NCBI GenBank assembly: GCA_030390025.1
Contig: CM059446.1
Span: forward strand, 44,082,001 to 44,146,000
Origin: Squalus acanthias
Lineage: Eukaryota
Direction of reading: 5' to 3'
Length of the DNA stretch: 64,000 bases
In this document: positions 13,727 through 25,800 of the stretch, one piece after another
Layout of the letters: each line of letters starts with the position of its first letter
Numbering within the stretch: the first letter of the stretch is position 1
Program-made: the position numbers and the translations under genes
Notes under the pieces: model-generated
Databases searched by the model: none
Told to the model about the DNA's origin: nothing
The model's input: only the letters and a program-made list of their open reading frames with translations

Positions 13727-13865
13727 TCAGAATCTTCGTGGAGCACCCCCTTTGAATGGCTTAAAACGAGCATCTCCTGATCCATGTATTCCTTTGGAGC
13801 CCGAGACACTGCCTCCTTGCATTGTGTTGTTGGTGATCTGCACAATTCTGTTTGCTACAGAAGGA
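13727..13865 (-). CDS. SLTM: SLTM exon 21 (last coding exon)
   Basis: tgtag|(S)[45 protein letters not shown]; TGA at 13729-13727. Confidence 0.93.
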
Positions 13866-16800
13866 CTACAGTGGGCAATAAAAAAAACAAATAAGATACT
13901 AGTGAAGAATTCTATTCGTGGCCAAAAACACAAGCTGCACCTGTATCTTGGTACAGAAGATATTAAACTGAAGCAAAACACAAGAAAAAGTAATTTCGCA
14001 ACGTAACATGTCCCAACTATTTTCAAACACTAAAATTAATGTTAGTGTGTAAACAGGCTGAAGATAAAAATAAATCACTGTCTGTGGACCACTGTCAATC
14101 TGCAGGACATTTCTCTTATAAATTATGTTCTCATCCATAAAACTCCCAATACCACAAGCTTTCAATAGAGAGCAAAAGGAAGCATTAAAAAGTCATTATC
14201 AGTATCTTTGAGGCCTCAAATTTATTCTGTATAGCAGGAACAGATGGATGTGCCTCGACCTTTTGAAAAGCAAACAAAGTGTCACATTTGTGACATGGCT
14301 GGTCTTTAATTAGGTGCAATGCTACCGGTTGAAGCTTTGAATGTGGTGGTGCCAGTTTAAATGGCAGATAAACATTACCTGCAAAATGTGATGGCGGATT
14401 AGTAAAAAGGGTAAAAGTGGAATTTATCTATTTGGTGGAAGGGCAGTGTCTTTGTCTCATCAAAATACAGTATAGCCATATTCAGCTTTGTATTTTTAAC
14501 TATAGAATCTAGGTTGAAATGCTTCCCATATTAATCGTGTGAAAGTCCTCCCTTTCCTGGTTGTAACTGTCTTATGTAAAATGAGTTTGGGTAGTTTCAG
14601 CTCCGGTCCTGGTAGATGGTACCATAAGGCAAAACTGAACGAGACACCACGTTACAGGCAGAGAGGCCAACAAGACAGGTGTGAAATGAAAGCGTCATGA
14701 AGTAAGGAAAGCCGTTCTGAAGTTGGGGCACAGTAAAGCGAATTTCAGTCTGTAGCACCTACATTATGCCTGACCTGGGAGTGCTTACTGCCAACACTGC
14801 ACAATGTTCCATTTCTCAGTGCGAACGCCCATTGTCTTGATCAGCACAAAATTCACTCAAAGTAGTGCTGTTGGTAGATGTCCACTACTTGCTCATGCTC
14901 ATGACTATCTAGTGACCACTGCTAGAAATGACAGTAAATGTACAGTCAAGGACAAGGTTTAACTTGGCCACAAATTTGGCATAGCAGTGGAAAGTTGGGA
15001 TAAGGAGCAGAATATGCTTTACTTGAAATATTTCAATATAGTAAAAAAAAAAAACAGCAGCCTCAGGTGGCTGATCTGACTGAACACTATGAAGCACTGC
15101 TCTGCAGGCCAAAAGATAAAAGGGAGAAAATCAGTAACATTAAAGACTCCTAATCACTGAGCATCTCCCAAACTGGTTGATATATTAGGAACTGAGAAGA
15201 CAGACAGCTGCATCAGCCTACTCCTCCATCCTCAAAAAAGGCTTCTCATTGTCCTCCATTTGGACTAAATTACTCAAAGTCCAAAAATATCTGTTCAAAG
15301 TGAAACAAGACTCCTTAAGTAAAGAGACAAAAAAAAACCACAGATCCTTCAAACAAATAACTTTGTGAAGGGCCATGAGATCTTCAAGATCCCACTTTCA
15401 AAACTGTAGGCTGAACCTCTACATCCTTTCCAAAGGATGGCTGAATTACATACTTATTGGACATTCTAAATAAATGAAGCCAAGGCACCAGGGCCCAACT
15501 GGGGGCTCGAGTTCTTTAAATTTAATTCCAGAGTGCAAGTATCCCAGATCATTCAACACCTGCATTTTCAGGGTGAGAAATACATCAGATAATCCCAAGT
15601 TAAATTTGCTCCAGTTCCTTATCAGCACAAGGATTTGCGGAGATACCCAAACTTTATACAATGTAACTTACAATGAAACGATCAACCGAATCATAAACTG
15701 ATGAACTCAATATTATTGACACAAATGTTGGGAAAAAGCCAAACTTACCAAATCAAGCCATAGGTTGACCACAGGATTCCACAGATCATATGGGACATAT
15801 AATCTGTGCATGCTGTGAACTTCGAAGAAAAGTGAAAGTCAAGTACAAAGGGTACTTATCAATGGGTTGCAAAAAGGCTCCGAATAACCTGGTTTCAGGT
15901 ACTATATCTTTTCTTTCTATAATTAATTAACTTCAAATGCAGCAAGACAAATGTCCCAGGTGTACTGGGAGCCACAGGCCTTACAGGTAGTTGTGCAGGA
16001 TTGGCAGGCAATCACTGGATCAAACATAACTGGCACAATAACTACCTCAATTATGTCGTCAAGAGATAATGTCCTACATAAAGCATTTTTTTCTAGGAGC
16101 CATCATTCTTGTAATCAATGGGTAGAAGAATCAAAGCAGCACTTGAATGAGACAAGGCTCTGAGCTTTTTATATCATCTTTCAATTTAGCTCCTTGATTA
16201 CTCAGTGGGTAAGTGTATTAGTGGTGTGATACTGAGGCCCAGAGTTTCACTTCTTGACTGTGCTTAGCCAATGTCAACTGGAGCAGCAAAGGGAGCACTA
16301 TACTTGGCTCACGGAAGGGAAAACAAAAATATGGGTCACAGCTCTTGCTCATCTAGTGACTGCCACTAGAAATGTCAGTAAACGTACAGTCAAGGACAAG
16401 ATTTAGCTTGGCCACAAGTTTGGCAATGTAGTGAATACTTAAATGACTAAGGTAAGGAGCACAATATGCTTTACAGGAAATATTTCAATGTAGTAGGAAA
16501 AAAAAAAGAAAAACAGCAATTGACTGTAGCACCAACATGTAGTGTCCAAGTATTGGCAGGCAAGTCAAACCCACAAACAACTCAGTTCCTGATGTCAACC
16601 ATGCTGCTGTGTGGAGACGCCAGAGTACACTGCTGTCTATCCATCACCATCATACTCCTCACACTCTGTCCTTCCATGCCCCACATCAGTCATACAGACT
16701 AGTCTCATGATTTTCTATATGCTTGATCTGGTTTGTATCTCATCTGTTAAGTTATGAAAGCTGAGATCTCATCCGAATGCTCATAAGTAGACATCGTGAA

Positions 16801-19800
16801 TAGGATGATTTAAGAGTCTGTACTAAAATTTCATAGGTGCTCAAGTCTTAATTAGATGAAAGGCACCAATCATGGTTGGTGACCGTTGTGGGCTTCCTGC
16901 AATCTACACAAATTCAACAAGAATTTGGCATAAATTAAATTCCAGTGAAGAAATATACTGGAATGAAACTTGAGCCTACAGGTCTAGTACAAATCATAGC
17001 CATCGAAGCGTTGAAAGAAGAAAAGGGAAAATAAGACGTGAAAGAGAAAATCTGTTGCATGAAAACCCTTTCCTGGGCCCTCTCTCCAGAGATGTAATGC
17101 TCACTGGCTATTGAATATGGAGAAGACCAAACTTAGAACAATAATTTCATTCCTACCCAAATAAGAAGTGCAATTCAGGAGTCAGCCTATTTAGGTTTTC
17201 ATAGACTGCTTAGATACCAACACAAATTATTTTTATATTACATCATTTACAAGCCATAAAAATGGAAACAGTCAATACACATTGTGGCATGAGTTGAGAA
17301 TGGTTTTAATGCACTGGAAACATTTTATTTTTAAATACAGGAAAGACATAAGTTTGAAGTAATTTTGCCAATATAGATACAATTATTGATATCCCCATAA
17401 CATTTGACTATATGATGATTAAGCAAACTATTTTGATGGATTTGTATTCTTCGATGTTGAATTTATATTCTTAATTTGTGAACAAACCTTTTACTGGGAA
17501 TAGCTAATAGGCATCACAAAAGTAACCATCCAGAAAAATATCTAGAAGCAACTAATACACTTAATTCAAATAGGCTTTCAGAAAGAGTGAGCCTGTTTAA
17601 TATAAAACCAGTCAAAAAATTTAATACCATACAGAAAGAATTCTAGATTATTTACAATACATGTTTTAAGTTACAGGCAATCAAAACAGCTGACAGAATG
17701 CAACTTTAGTACCTGGATGGTGGCATCATGCCAGGACCACGATTGTCACTCATTCGCCGCATGTCTTGATATCCACTGCCTTGAGAACTGGGCCCAGAAT
17801 GCCAATTGCTCCGTGGTCCTCCTGCATCACGACCATGACGTTCTACCACTACGTGTCTGCTATCATGATAGTGAGATTGCTGGGAAGTGGTTGCAAAAAG
17901 TAAATACGGGCATAATCACAACACTTCAATTTTACTAATTAATTGCAACATTATGCTACATCACAAAATCAAACCCTTTAAATATCTACTGGTGGAAACT
18001 CAACTAATTTGACATTTTCAAAAAAAATACATTTCAAATACAGTAAAGGCTGTTTTATGTCTAACAACTGTCTTAAGTAGGCCTATATCTGCCAACATTT
18101 ATACACGTCACAACAGGTATATAAATGCATGGTCACTTATGAGGTTGTAAATAAGAAGCTATGATTAAAAGTTTATGTAATCAAGGGAAATTAAAATGTG
18201 ACAATTTATAAAGCTATTTAAGTGTTTATCACTATACCGAACAAAGCTGCCCCGCATTCGCTATCTAGTAACTCCAATTAATTGCTCATCTCTCCGTACC
18301 GGATTATTATTGCCTCTGTCTCCTATTGCAGGTCTTCCTCCATCTCGGCTACTATACCCAGCCATACTGCTGTGACTGCTCGGTGGCCCACTTCGCATAG
18401 TCTGTCCGGATCTCTCTGGGCGTATCCGATCTCTATCTCTTGAATTCCTAAATTGTCAAAAATTCGTTAGATTTACCCACTGATTGCTAAATGTTTACAA
18501 GTTAAATTACTTGCTTTCACTTTGAACACTGATCAATAATAGTAATAATGAGTTTGAAAAGGCCATCTCTTTTCTGTGTTACACAGTAAATGTATTCCAC
18601 AAACCAGCCTCAAAACCAGCTAACCGCTAACCAATGAAGGGTCAGAACAAATTGTAATCCAACTAACTAGTTTGCACTAGAATGTGACATGGCCTTGTAA
18701 ATCTATCACTCCCAGAGGGTCTTTCAGGCAATTGTATTTCTATAACTCATTAATACAAATAGAAAAGAATGCTACATTCTGTAGCATTAACTTAATCCTT
18801 TTTTTTAAAAAAAGGAATCAAAATGCATCAGGTTGAAAATTAATCTTTTCATAATGCCCTGCCAACTTTTGGTTTCTCTTACTAAGATGGTGTTGATCCC
18901 ACGTAACATGGCATTCTCAACTAAATGTATTATCGGCATATCCAAATATCGAAATTAAATCCTAATTTCTGTACTTTTTGAAATGACTAGACTAAAAGAT
19001 GTTACGGCAAATGTCATTTTAAGGCGTCAAAATGAGCCCCACAAGGTTTCTGCCCAGTACCAACTGAACTTAACGATGAAAAAGGAGTTCTAGAAATTCT
19101 TCACATACGCAATACAAACTGCAAGGATATGTTAGAAGAGATTCAATGTTACCTCAATTCACGTTTAGTGGAGCCCATACTGCCACTAGGCTTCCAATCA
19201 TTGGGTCTAGAAGAATTATGACTTGGTCGACTGTGGTGGACTCCATGGTCACCCATCCTACCCCTGTCAGGAAAGCTTCTCGATGGGGATATTTTTTGTA
19301 AATGGTCATGCCCCCTGCTACCACTTGGCCGGTCCTGAATTGTTACAGTTCGCCGGTCATCTCGATCCCTCATTTCTCTCCGCTCATTATTTCCATGAAG
19401 TTCATTTCTTTGTTGGGAAGTTGGTCTTCTAGAATCACTATATGGTTTTGGATATCTGTTATACCCAGTGTCCTCTCTGCGACTACCAGAACGATTCTTT
19501 TTTCCATCTCCTTGGTGGTTGTAACGATCCCCTCGTCTGCTTAAGTTTAGGGAATAACATCATGTATTAGCTTCATGAACCAGCCTTCGTAGTTCAGTAA
19601 CACTTTGATCTCGGCATAAAGTACTAGTGTAACCCTTCAGCGAGTAAAGTAATTTATTGTGCCATTGCTGGAAACAGAATGGGTTGATTTCCCCTCAGAA
19701 GTCCTATCCTTTCCTGTAGGGATGTACATCCACTTCCAAAGAGAGATCAGGAACGCACTGTGCAAAGAGCAGGCATGAACCCATGTTCCAGAACTCTGGT

Positions 19801-22800
19801 TCAATGTACCAGTATGCCAACAAAATGTACTTCGGGCATTACTTTCAACAGATTCAATTTATATCTTTCATACACCATGGCCCTTTTCAATCTTCGCAAT
19901 TACCAATTCCTTCTTTCCAGTTTCAGCAGTTTTGTTCAACCAAGCATGCAGTAAAAAAATGTAGCAACATCAGGTCTCAATTGGTGCGGTCAACATCCAA
20001 AGGGAAAGGTAGCACTCACCTATCAAATGAAGATGGCACCCTGTGGTCAAAGTCATTGTAACGGTTTGGTTCTTGCCGACTGTAATCAGAATTGTGACTG
20101 AAACGGGCATCACTGTCCATGGCCCTCCGTTTATGGTCACTCCAATAGGGTTCATCTCGCCTAGAGGTTGTGACATTTACAGATTTTAATCATCTTGAGG
20201 ATATTTTAGTTTTTGAACATTTCAAAAATTATTTTTTAATCATCTGAACTTAAGTAGAGTTCAGATGGAAAAATCAATGAAGTCTCACTACGGCCACACA
20301 ATTAAATCCAATACTGATTTCCACATTTCAGGTTAAAAAAAAATGCTTGCTATGGCTGTGTAATTAAAAAAAATTCACTTTAAAATTCAAATAAAACCTA
20401 CAGCTTTTAGTTTATCTTTGTCCAGAAAAAAACCCTTAATGAAGTATTAGATTTCTACATTTGTATGGTACCTTTAAACATAGTAAAACATTTCAAAACG
20501 CTTCACAAGAGGTGGAGGGGGGAAATAAAAGGGAAACAAGGAGGTCTGGATGTAAAAGAATGGAGCAGAGCACTGGGATGTGGGGATAAAGGGAGTTGCA
20601 GAGGTAGGGTAGAAAAGAGCTTTGGAGAGATTTATAGATGAAGCCAAGAATTTTGAGCTCAATGCATGGGGGGGGGGGGGGGGGGGGGGGCGGGAAGACG
20701 ACAATCGAGGTTGCAGAGGACAGAGGCGACATGTAAGCAGATTTTACAAGATAGGATGTTGGTGGAAGAGTTCTGGATAAGTTGAACTCTGTTTACATTT
20801 AGAATAACTGCTATTTCCACCGATACTTAACCCAGACGAGTTTGTAAAAGATAGTTAAGCTCACCATGACAGAGCTACAAACCACAATCAGCAAAAGCTT
20901 ACTCTCCAGTCATGCACGGATTGTGATCAGATTCATGCCTTTTGTTGTGAACACAATGATTCTGTGTAGGAATCCAATGAGCACTCTACAGATTATCCAG
21001 TCATACATTTGTAATTTACAAACATACCTGTTATCTACATCATGTGGCCTTTTTAAAGAATTTCTTCTTTCTTGTTCATAGCGGAGCTGCTCCTGTTGCC
21101 GACGAAGCTCTTCACGTTCACGGGCAATGCGCTCTATTTCTTTACGCCGTTCCTGAAGCATTGAATTGGTACAAGTGTGAATTTCATTTTTTATTGAACC
21201 ATGACTCTTGGTTGTCTAGTCAGTACACTATCAGCCAACACGAGGCACATTGTATGGAACGGGATAAGCTTCCCGTCTCGCCACCCAAGGAACAATATGC
21301 TTTGGTCCAACAGGAGACTCAGCGTACCATGGTGCAATTGACAACTGCGCTTCAAACCTCAGAAAGCTGAAAGACTGTCCAACAGTACATTAACACAAAA
21401 GACAATTTCAATAAAGGTCTCGCCAAGATTTCCCCAGCCAGCTGTCATTATTTAACTATTATAAAAACAGAAAATGTTGGAAATACTCAATAAATGACAA
21501 AAGGGATGGTGCAAGGAAAAAGGAGGTGGTAATGGGATCAGTAAAGAAACAAAAGATGGGGCTAGGAGGTGCTGTAAATAATAGAATCATTACCAGCAGT
21601 TGCTGTCCGAAAAAAATGGGAGCAGTGGTTAGGATCTGAAATTATTGAACTCAGTGTTGAATTGAGAAGACTGTAAAGTGCCCAATCGAAAGGAGGTGCG
21701 GTTCCTCAACCTTCCGCTGAGCTTCATTAGAACAGTATACGAGGCCAAGAGGGATCAGAGAATTAAAATGACAAGCAAAATTCTCCGCCTCACTCCCACC
21801 TATCTGTCCTTAATCTCTGCTGCCTTCCATCCCATCACAGACCTTCCCTTTTGTTCTTGCCTCCCTCCACCCCCTTTCCTTGCTTCTGTACTTGCTTAAA
21901 AACTGTTACATCTCTAACTTTTCCCAGTTCTGATGAAAGGTCATCGACCTGAAACGCCAACTCGGTTTCTCTCTCCACAGATGCTGCCCGACCTGCTGAG
22001 TATTTCCAGCATTTTCTGTATTTATTCCAGATTTCCAGCATCCGCAATATTTTGCTTTTGTATTATTTAACTGTTGCCCCAATCCCATTCATCAGTTTAA
22101 TTAGCACTTAAAAATTAAAATTCTCAGTTTCGATGCGCCCAATACTGTAGTTTGGAAATTGTTCCAAAATTCAACTGATAACCAAACTTTATTTGCAATA
22201 TTTAATCATGCAAATTGTGACACCAAATTAGATTCAACTGCAAAAGATCAATTTACTTAGAACCCAAGTTACAAGTTCAGTCTTAACGTCTCATTGAAAG
22301 ATGGCACCTCTGACAGTGCAGCATTAACTCAGTGCTGCACCCAGCATTGAATCTCAGATATAAATTAGCCCCTCCTCCGCCCACCAAACCAAAAAAAAAA
22401 TAAACTAAAAACCCACTAACTTACGATCAATAAACTTAATAAACTCCAGACCTGAATCTACAAGGATCAGTTTGCTGACAAGTTAAATTTATGAGTGAGA
22501 CATTGCATTTGAGATCAGCTTGTGCCAGAGTGCGAGATGCTAGTCAGCATCCACAATCCCCTTTCGCTGAGTTTCCTATCTTAACCTTGCCATTGTAATA
22601 AAGTGCCAACTCGAAGCCAGGCGCATCCCATTGTCAAGAAGAAACCAAAAATTTTTTAAAAAAGCACTAAAGAGAATTCAAGTTCATAAACACAGTTTAG
22701 TGATCAATTTCAGAACAACACAGAAATCTGGAAACAGGTTGCTTATACAAGAAAGTGCATGAAGCTGGAAGACCAAGAAGCAATGGGAGGAAACTTTCTG

Positions 22801-25800
22801 CTGCCAGCTTCTCATTGGAGGAAGAAAAAAAATAAAATTGACCATGGAAGAATCTCTCCCATGAAGGTCAAGCACCATCTCTTGATAACCTATCCAAGGA
22901 CCAACACAGTTAGTGTGTCTGCAGGCCAAGCTAACCGGTCTTTCCAAAAACACCTTTTATCTTGGCTTGGGATGAGCAGAGTGATTAGGAGGAAAGGCAA
23001 AAAAAGAAAAAAGTACAAACAATATAGAATCGAGTGTTCCCGGAGATGGGAGTCTGCACTGTAAAGCTTTATGGAGAACCTGTTCACCTGTTCTATACGT
23101 ATGCGTTCTCTTTCTAGTCGTTCCCGTTCCATTCTTTCCCTCTCAAGCTTTTGTTTTTCAATTTCCAACCGCTCTCTCTCTCGTTGCAAGCGATCACGTT
23201 CTTCACGCTCACGGATCATGCGAATGCGCTCCCGCTCACGACGCTGCCTTTCTGCTATTTCTCGCCGCCTAGTTTAAAAAAAAAATTATATGTTTGCCTA
23301 CACGTGGCACAACAGAAATCTTAAGCCAAGCCAAATGGAAAATTTTAAAATTTGCGTAGTGTACAAAAGCAATATGCTAGCATCAAGTAGCCTGGTAATT
23401 ACTAAATAAATAGTTTATGTGCTGGAGGCGAGAATTTAAAATCTCAGCTTTTTTGAATTCTACAATAGGGGAAAAAAATTGCTTAGTACCATGAGAAGAT
23501 TTCAGTGCAAAAACTGGAAAAGAACAGGAAGAAAGTGTGAGGAAACCAGTGTGGCCACCTCTCCAGTTCAAATCCAACCAAGATTGAGGGGCAGAAAGTG
23601 CCCTCCCTCAGCCTCCAATATAAAGAGATTAAAAAAGACTTGCATTTATATAGCACCTTTCACGACCTCAGGACGTCCCAAAGCACTATTCCAGCCAATG
23701 AAGTACCTTTTGAAGTGTAGTTACTGTTGTAATAGGAAACACAGCAGCCAATTTGCGCACAGCAAGGTCCCACAAACAGCAATGTGATAATGAGAAGATA
23801 ATCTGATTTTTTAAAAAGTGATGTTGGTAGAGTGATAAATGCTGGCTAGGGGAATTCCCCTGTGCTTCTTCGAAATAGTGCCGTGGCATCTTTTACATCC
23901 ACCCGAGAGAGCAGGCGGGACTCAAGTTTAACACCTCATCAGAAAGACGCCACCGCCGACAGTGCAGCACTTCCTCAGCACTGCACTGGAGTGTCGGCCT
24001 AAATTTTGTGCTCAAGTCTCTGGAATGGGGCTTGAATCCCCCCAACCTTCCAACTCAGCAGAGCGAGTACTACCACTGAGCCACGGCTGACACCATTTGA
24101 GATAATTTGAGCAATCTCAATATTAATACTCAGTCCAAATAGATGCAAGTTCACAGCATAAAAAGTCTATTATACCTTCCCTCTCACGAGTTGGAAAATT
24201 CCACTTACCTTCTTAATTCTATTGCACGTCGTATGCGTTCCAATCGGATTAAGCGCTCGCGAATTTTTTGCTGTTTTATTTTTTCAAATGGCAGAATATC
24301 CCTTCTGTCCCTGGAGCTTGGCTTAGATGGAATATGTTTTTCTCTACTTCTTGAACTGGATGTCTAGAAGTATTAGTAAAGACAAATTTTCCAAATCAGA
24401 ATCACAGCTTTAAATACTTTAATCACAATTTGCTTCATATTGTATCCTCCTATTCCCATATCAGGTCAATGTAGATATCCCCACTACTTTGCTAAAGCTG
24501 CTCTTTTGGCAGCATATCACAGGGAAATAAGATTTTTTTTCCTTGGCATTGGCAGTATAGCTCACTTCCATGTACTGAAGCATCTGACAACTCAGCCAAA
24601 TTAAGATTCAAGTGTCTTCCAGCCTATTGCACATTCCAAATGTTGGCGATCCAGTTACTCCAAATAGCTTTATCAAGAGCAACCATGAAAATCACATCTT
24701 CACACTTATACAGAAAAGTCAGAAAAACCTTTCTAGGACACATAAGCAAAGCTGAATGTTGAGAACTAGCCCAAACCAGTGTGTATTCGGAGCTAAATGA
24801 GAGCAGTATCTGGATATTTTATTTCCTTCCAGGTCTTTGCATTTTCTCAAGTCTGTGGCTGGGAGTGTAGACAGGTGCGCTGCTCTTGAGCCTCTACCAA
24901 TGACAATCATGTCAAGCTGATGGAATACAGGTGAGCATGTTACTCCCCTTCCAGTGAAGGAATGCCTGGCTTCCACTAACCACCACTATCGCCCCCCCCC
25001 CTTCCTCCTAAATAGCATGGAGAAGATTGGGAATTAAATGTGCTGGAAAATTACAAGCTTGCAGCTAGCCCACAGTCAGTCTTGACCAAATTCAAGTAAA
25101 CAGAATGCAAGAGCTGTAATGGAACCAGTCTTTCCAAACTGATATAGGACCACATACAAAAAATCAAATCAAAATTAGGACCAGATCAATACCAGTCGAA
25201 ATAATGGGACAGTTTCATTCCAGGACCTCAGTCTGGTTACTTTACATCATAAAAATCCAAAATTAAGTACAGCATTAAACCAAAATTCTCACCCTGCCAC
25301 ATCCTCCTAGTTTTCGGGTTTCCATGGTTGATTGAGACAGTATTAATATCACCCTTAGGTTTTTTACATGTTAGAATTTTTGCATTAATCTGGAATCACA
25401 GTATTCCTTTAAGTTTCTAAGATCTTCAAATTTAGAATTAATTAATGTTGGATATTTGATTGGCTAGTATCTAAACACTATACTTCTAACTTCGGAGGCT
25501 TGGACTTAGCATTAAAAAATGTCGGGATATATGCAATGAAAAGGGTTACGTAGATGGATAAATCTTACACAACGGTTAGTACAGTATATAATGAATGGAA
25601 CAAAGTAGATTAGCATTTTCCACTTGTAATCCTTTTCCCCATATTCACCTGCTCACTCTTGCTTTTCTTTGCAGTTTTCACACTAACAACAGGTTCACCT
25701 TTAGCCTTGTCAATAACCACCATCCGATGAGGACTCCTCACACCTATGAAATCAAAGCATTCATAGAAAATTAATGGAATTAGACAAGTATCAATGACTT

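Noticed and set aside
20668-20690. G23 homopolymer (also G15 near 52247) as a G-quadruplex element
   Set aside because: Simple homopolymer of unreliable length, and the first lies inside an L2 relic; no evidence of function.
24176-24208. Alternative donor AAG|gtataa 33 nt past SLTM exon 14
   Set aside because: Much weaker than the adjacent consensus GTAAGT and would introduce an immediate TAA; no support.
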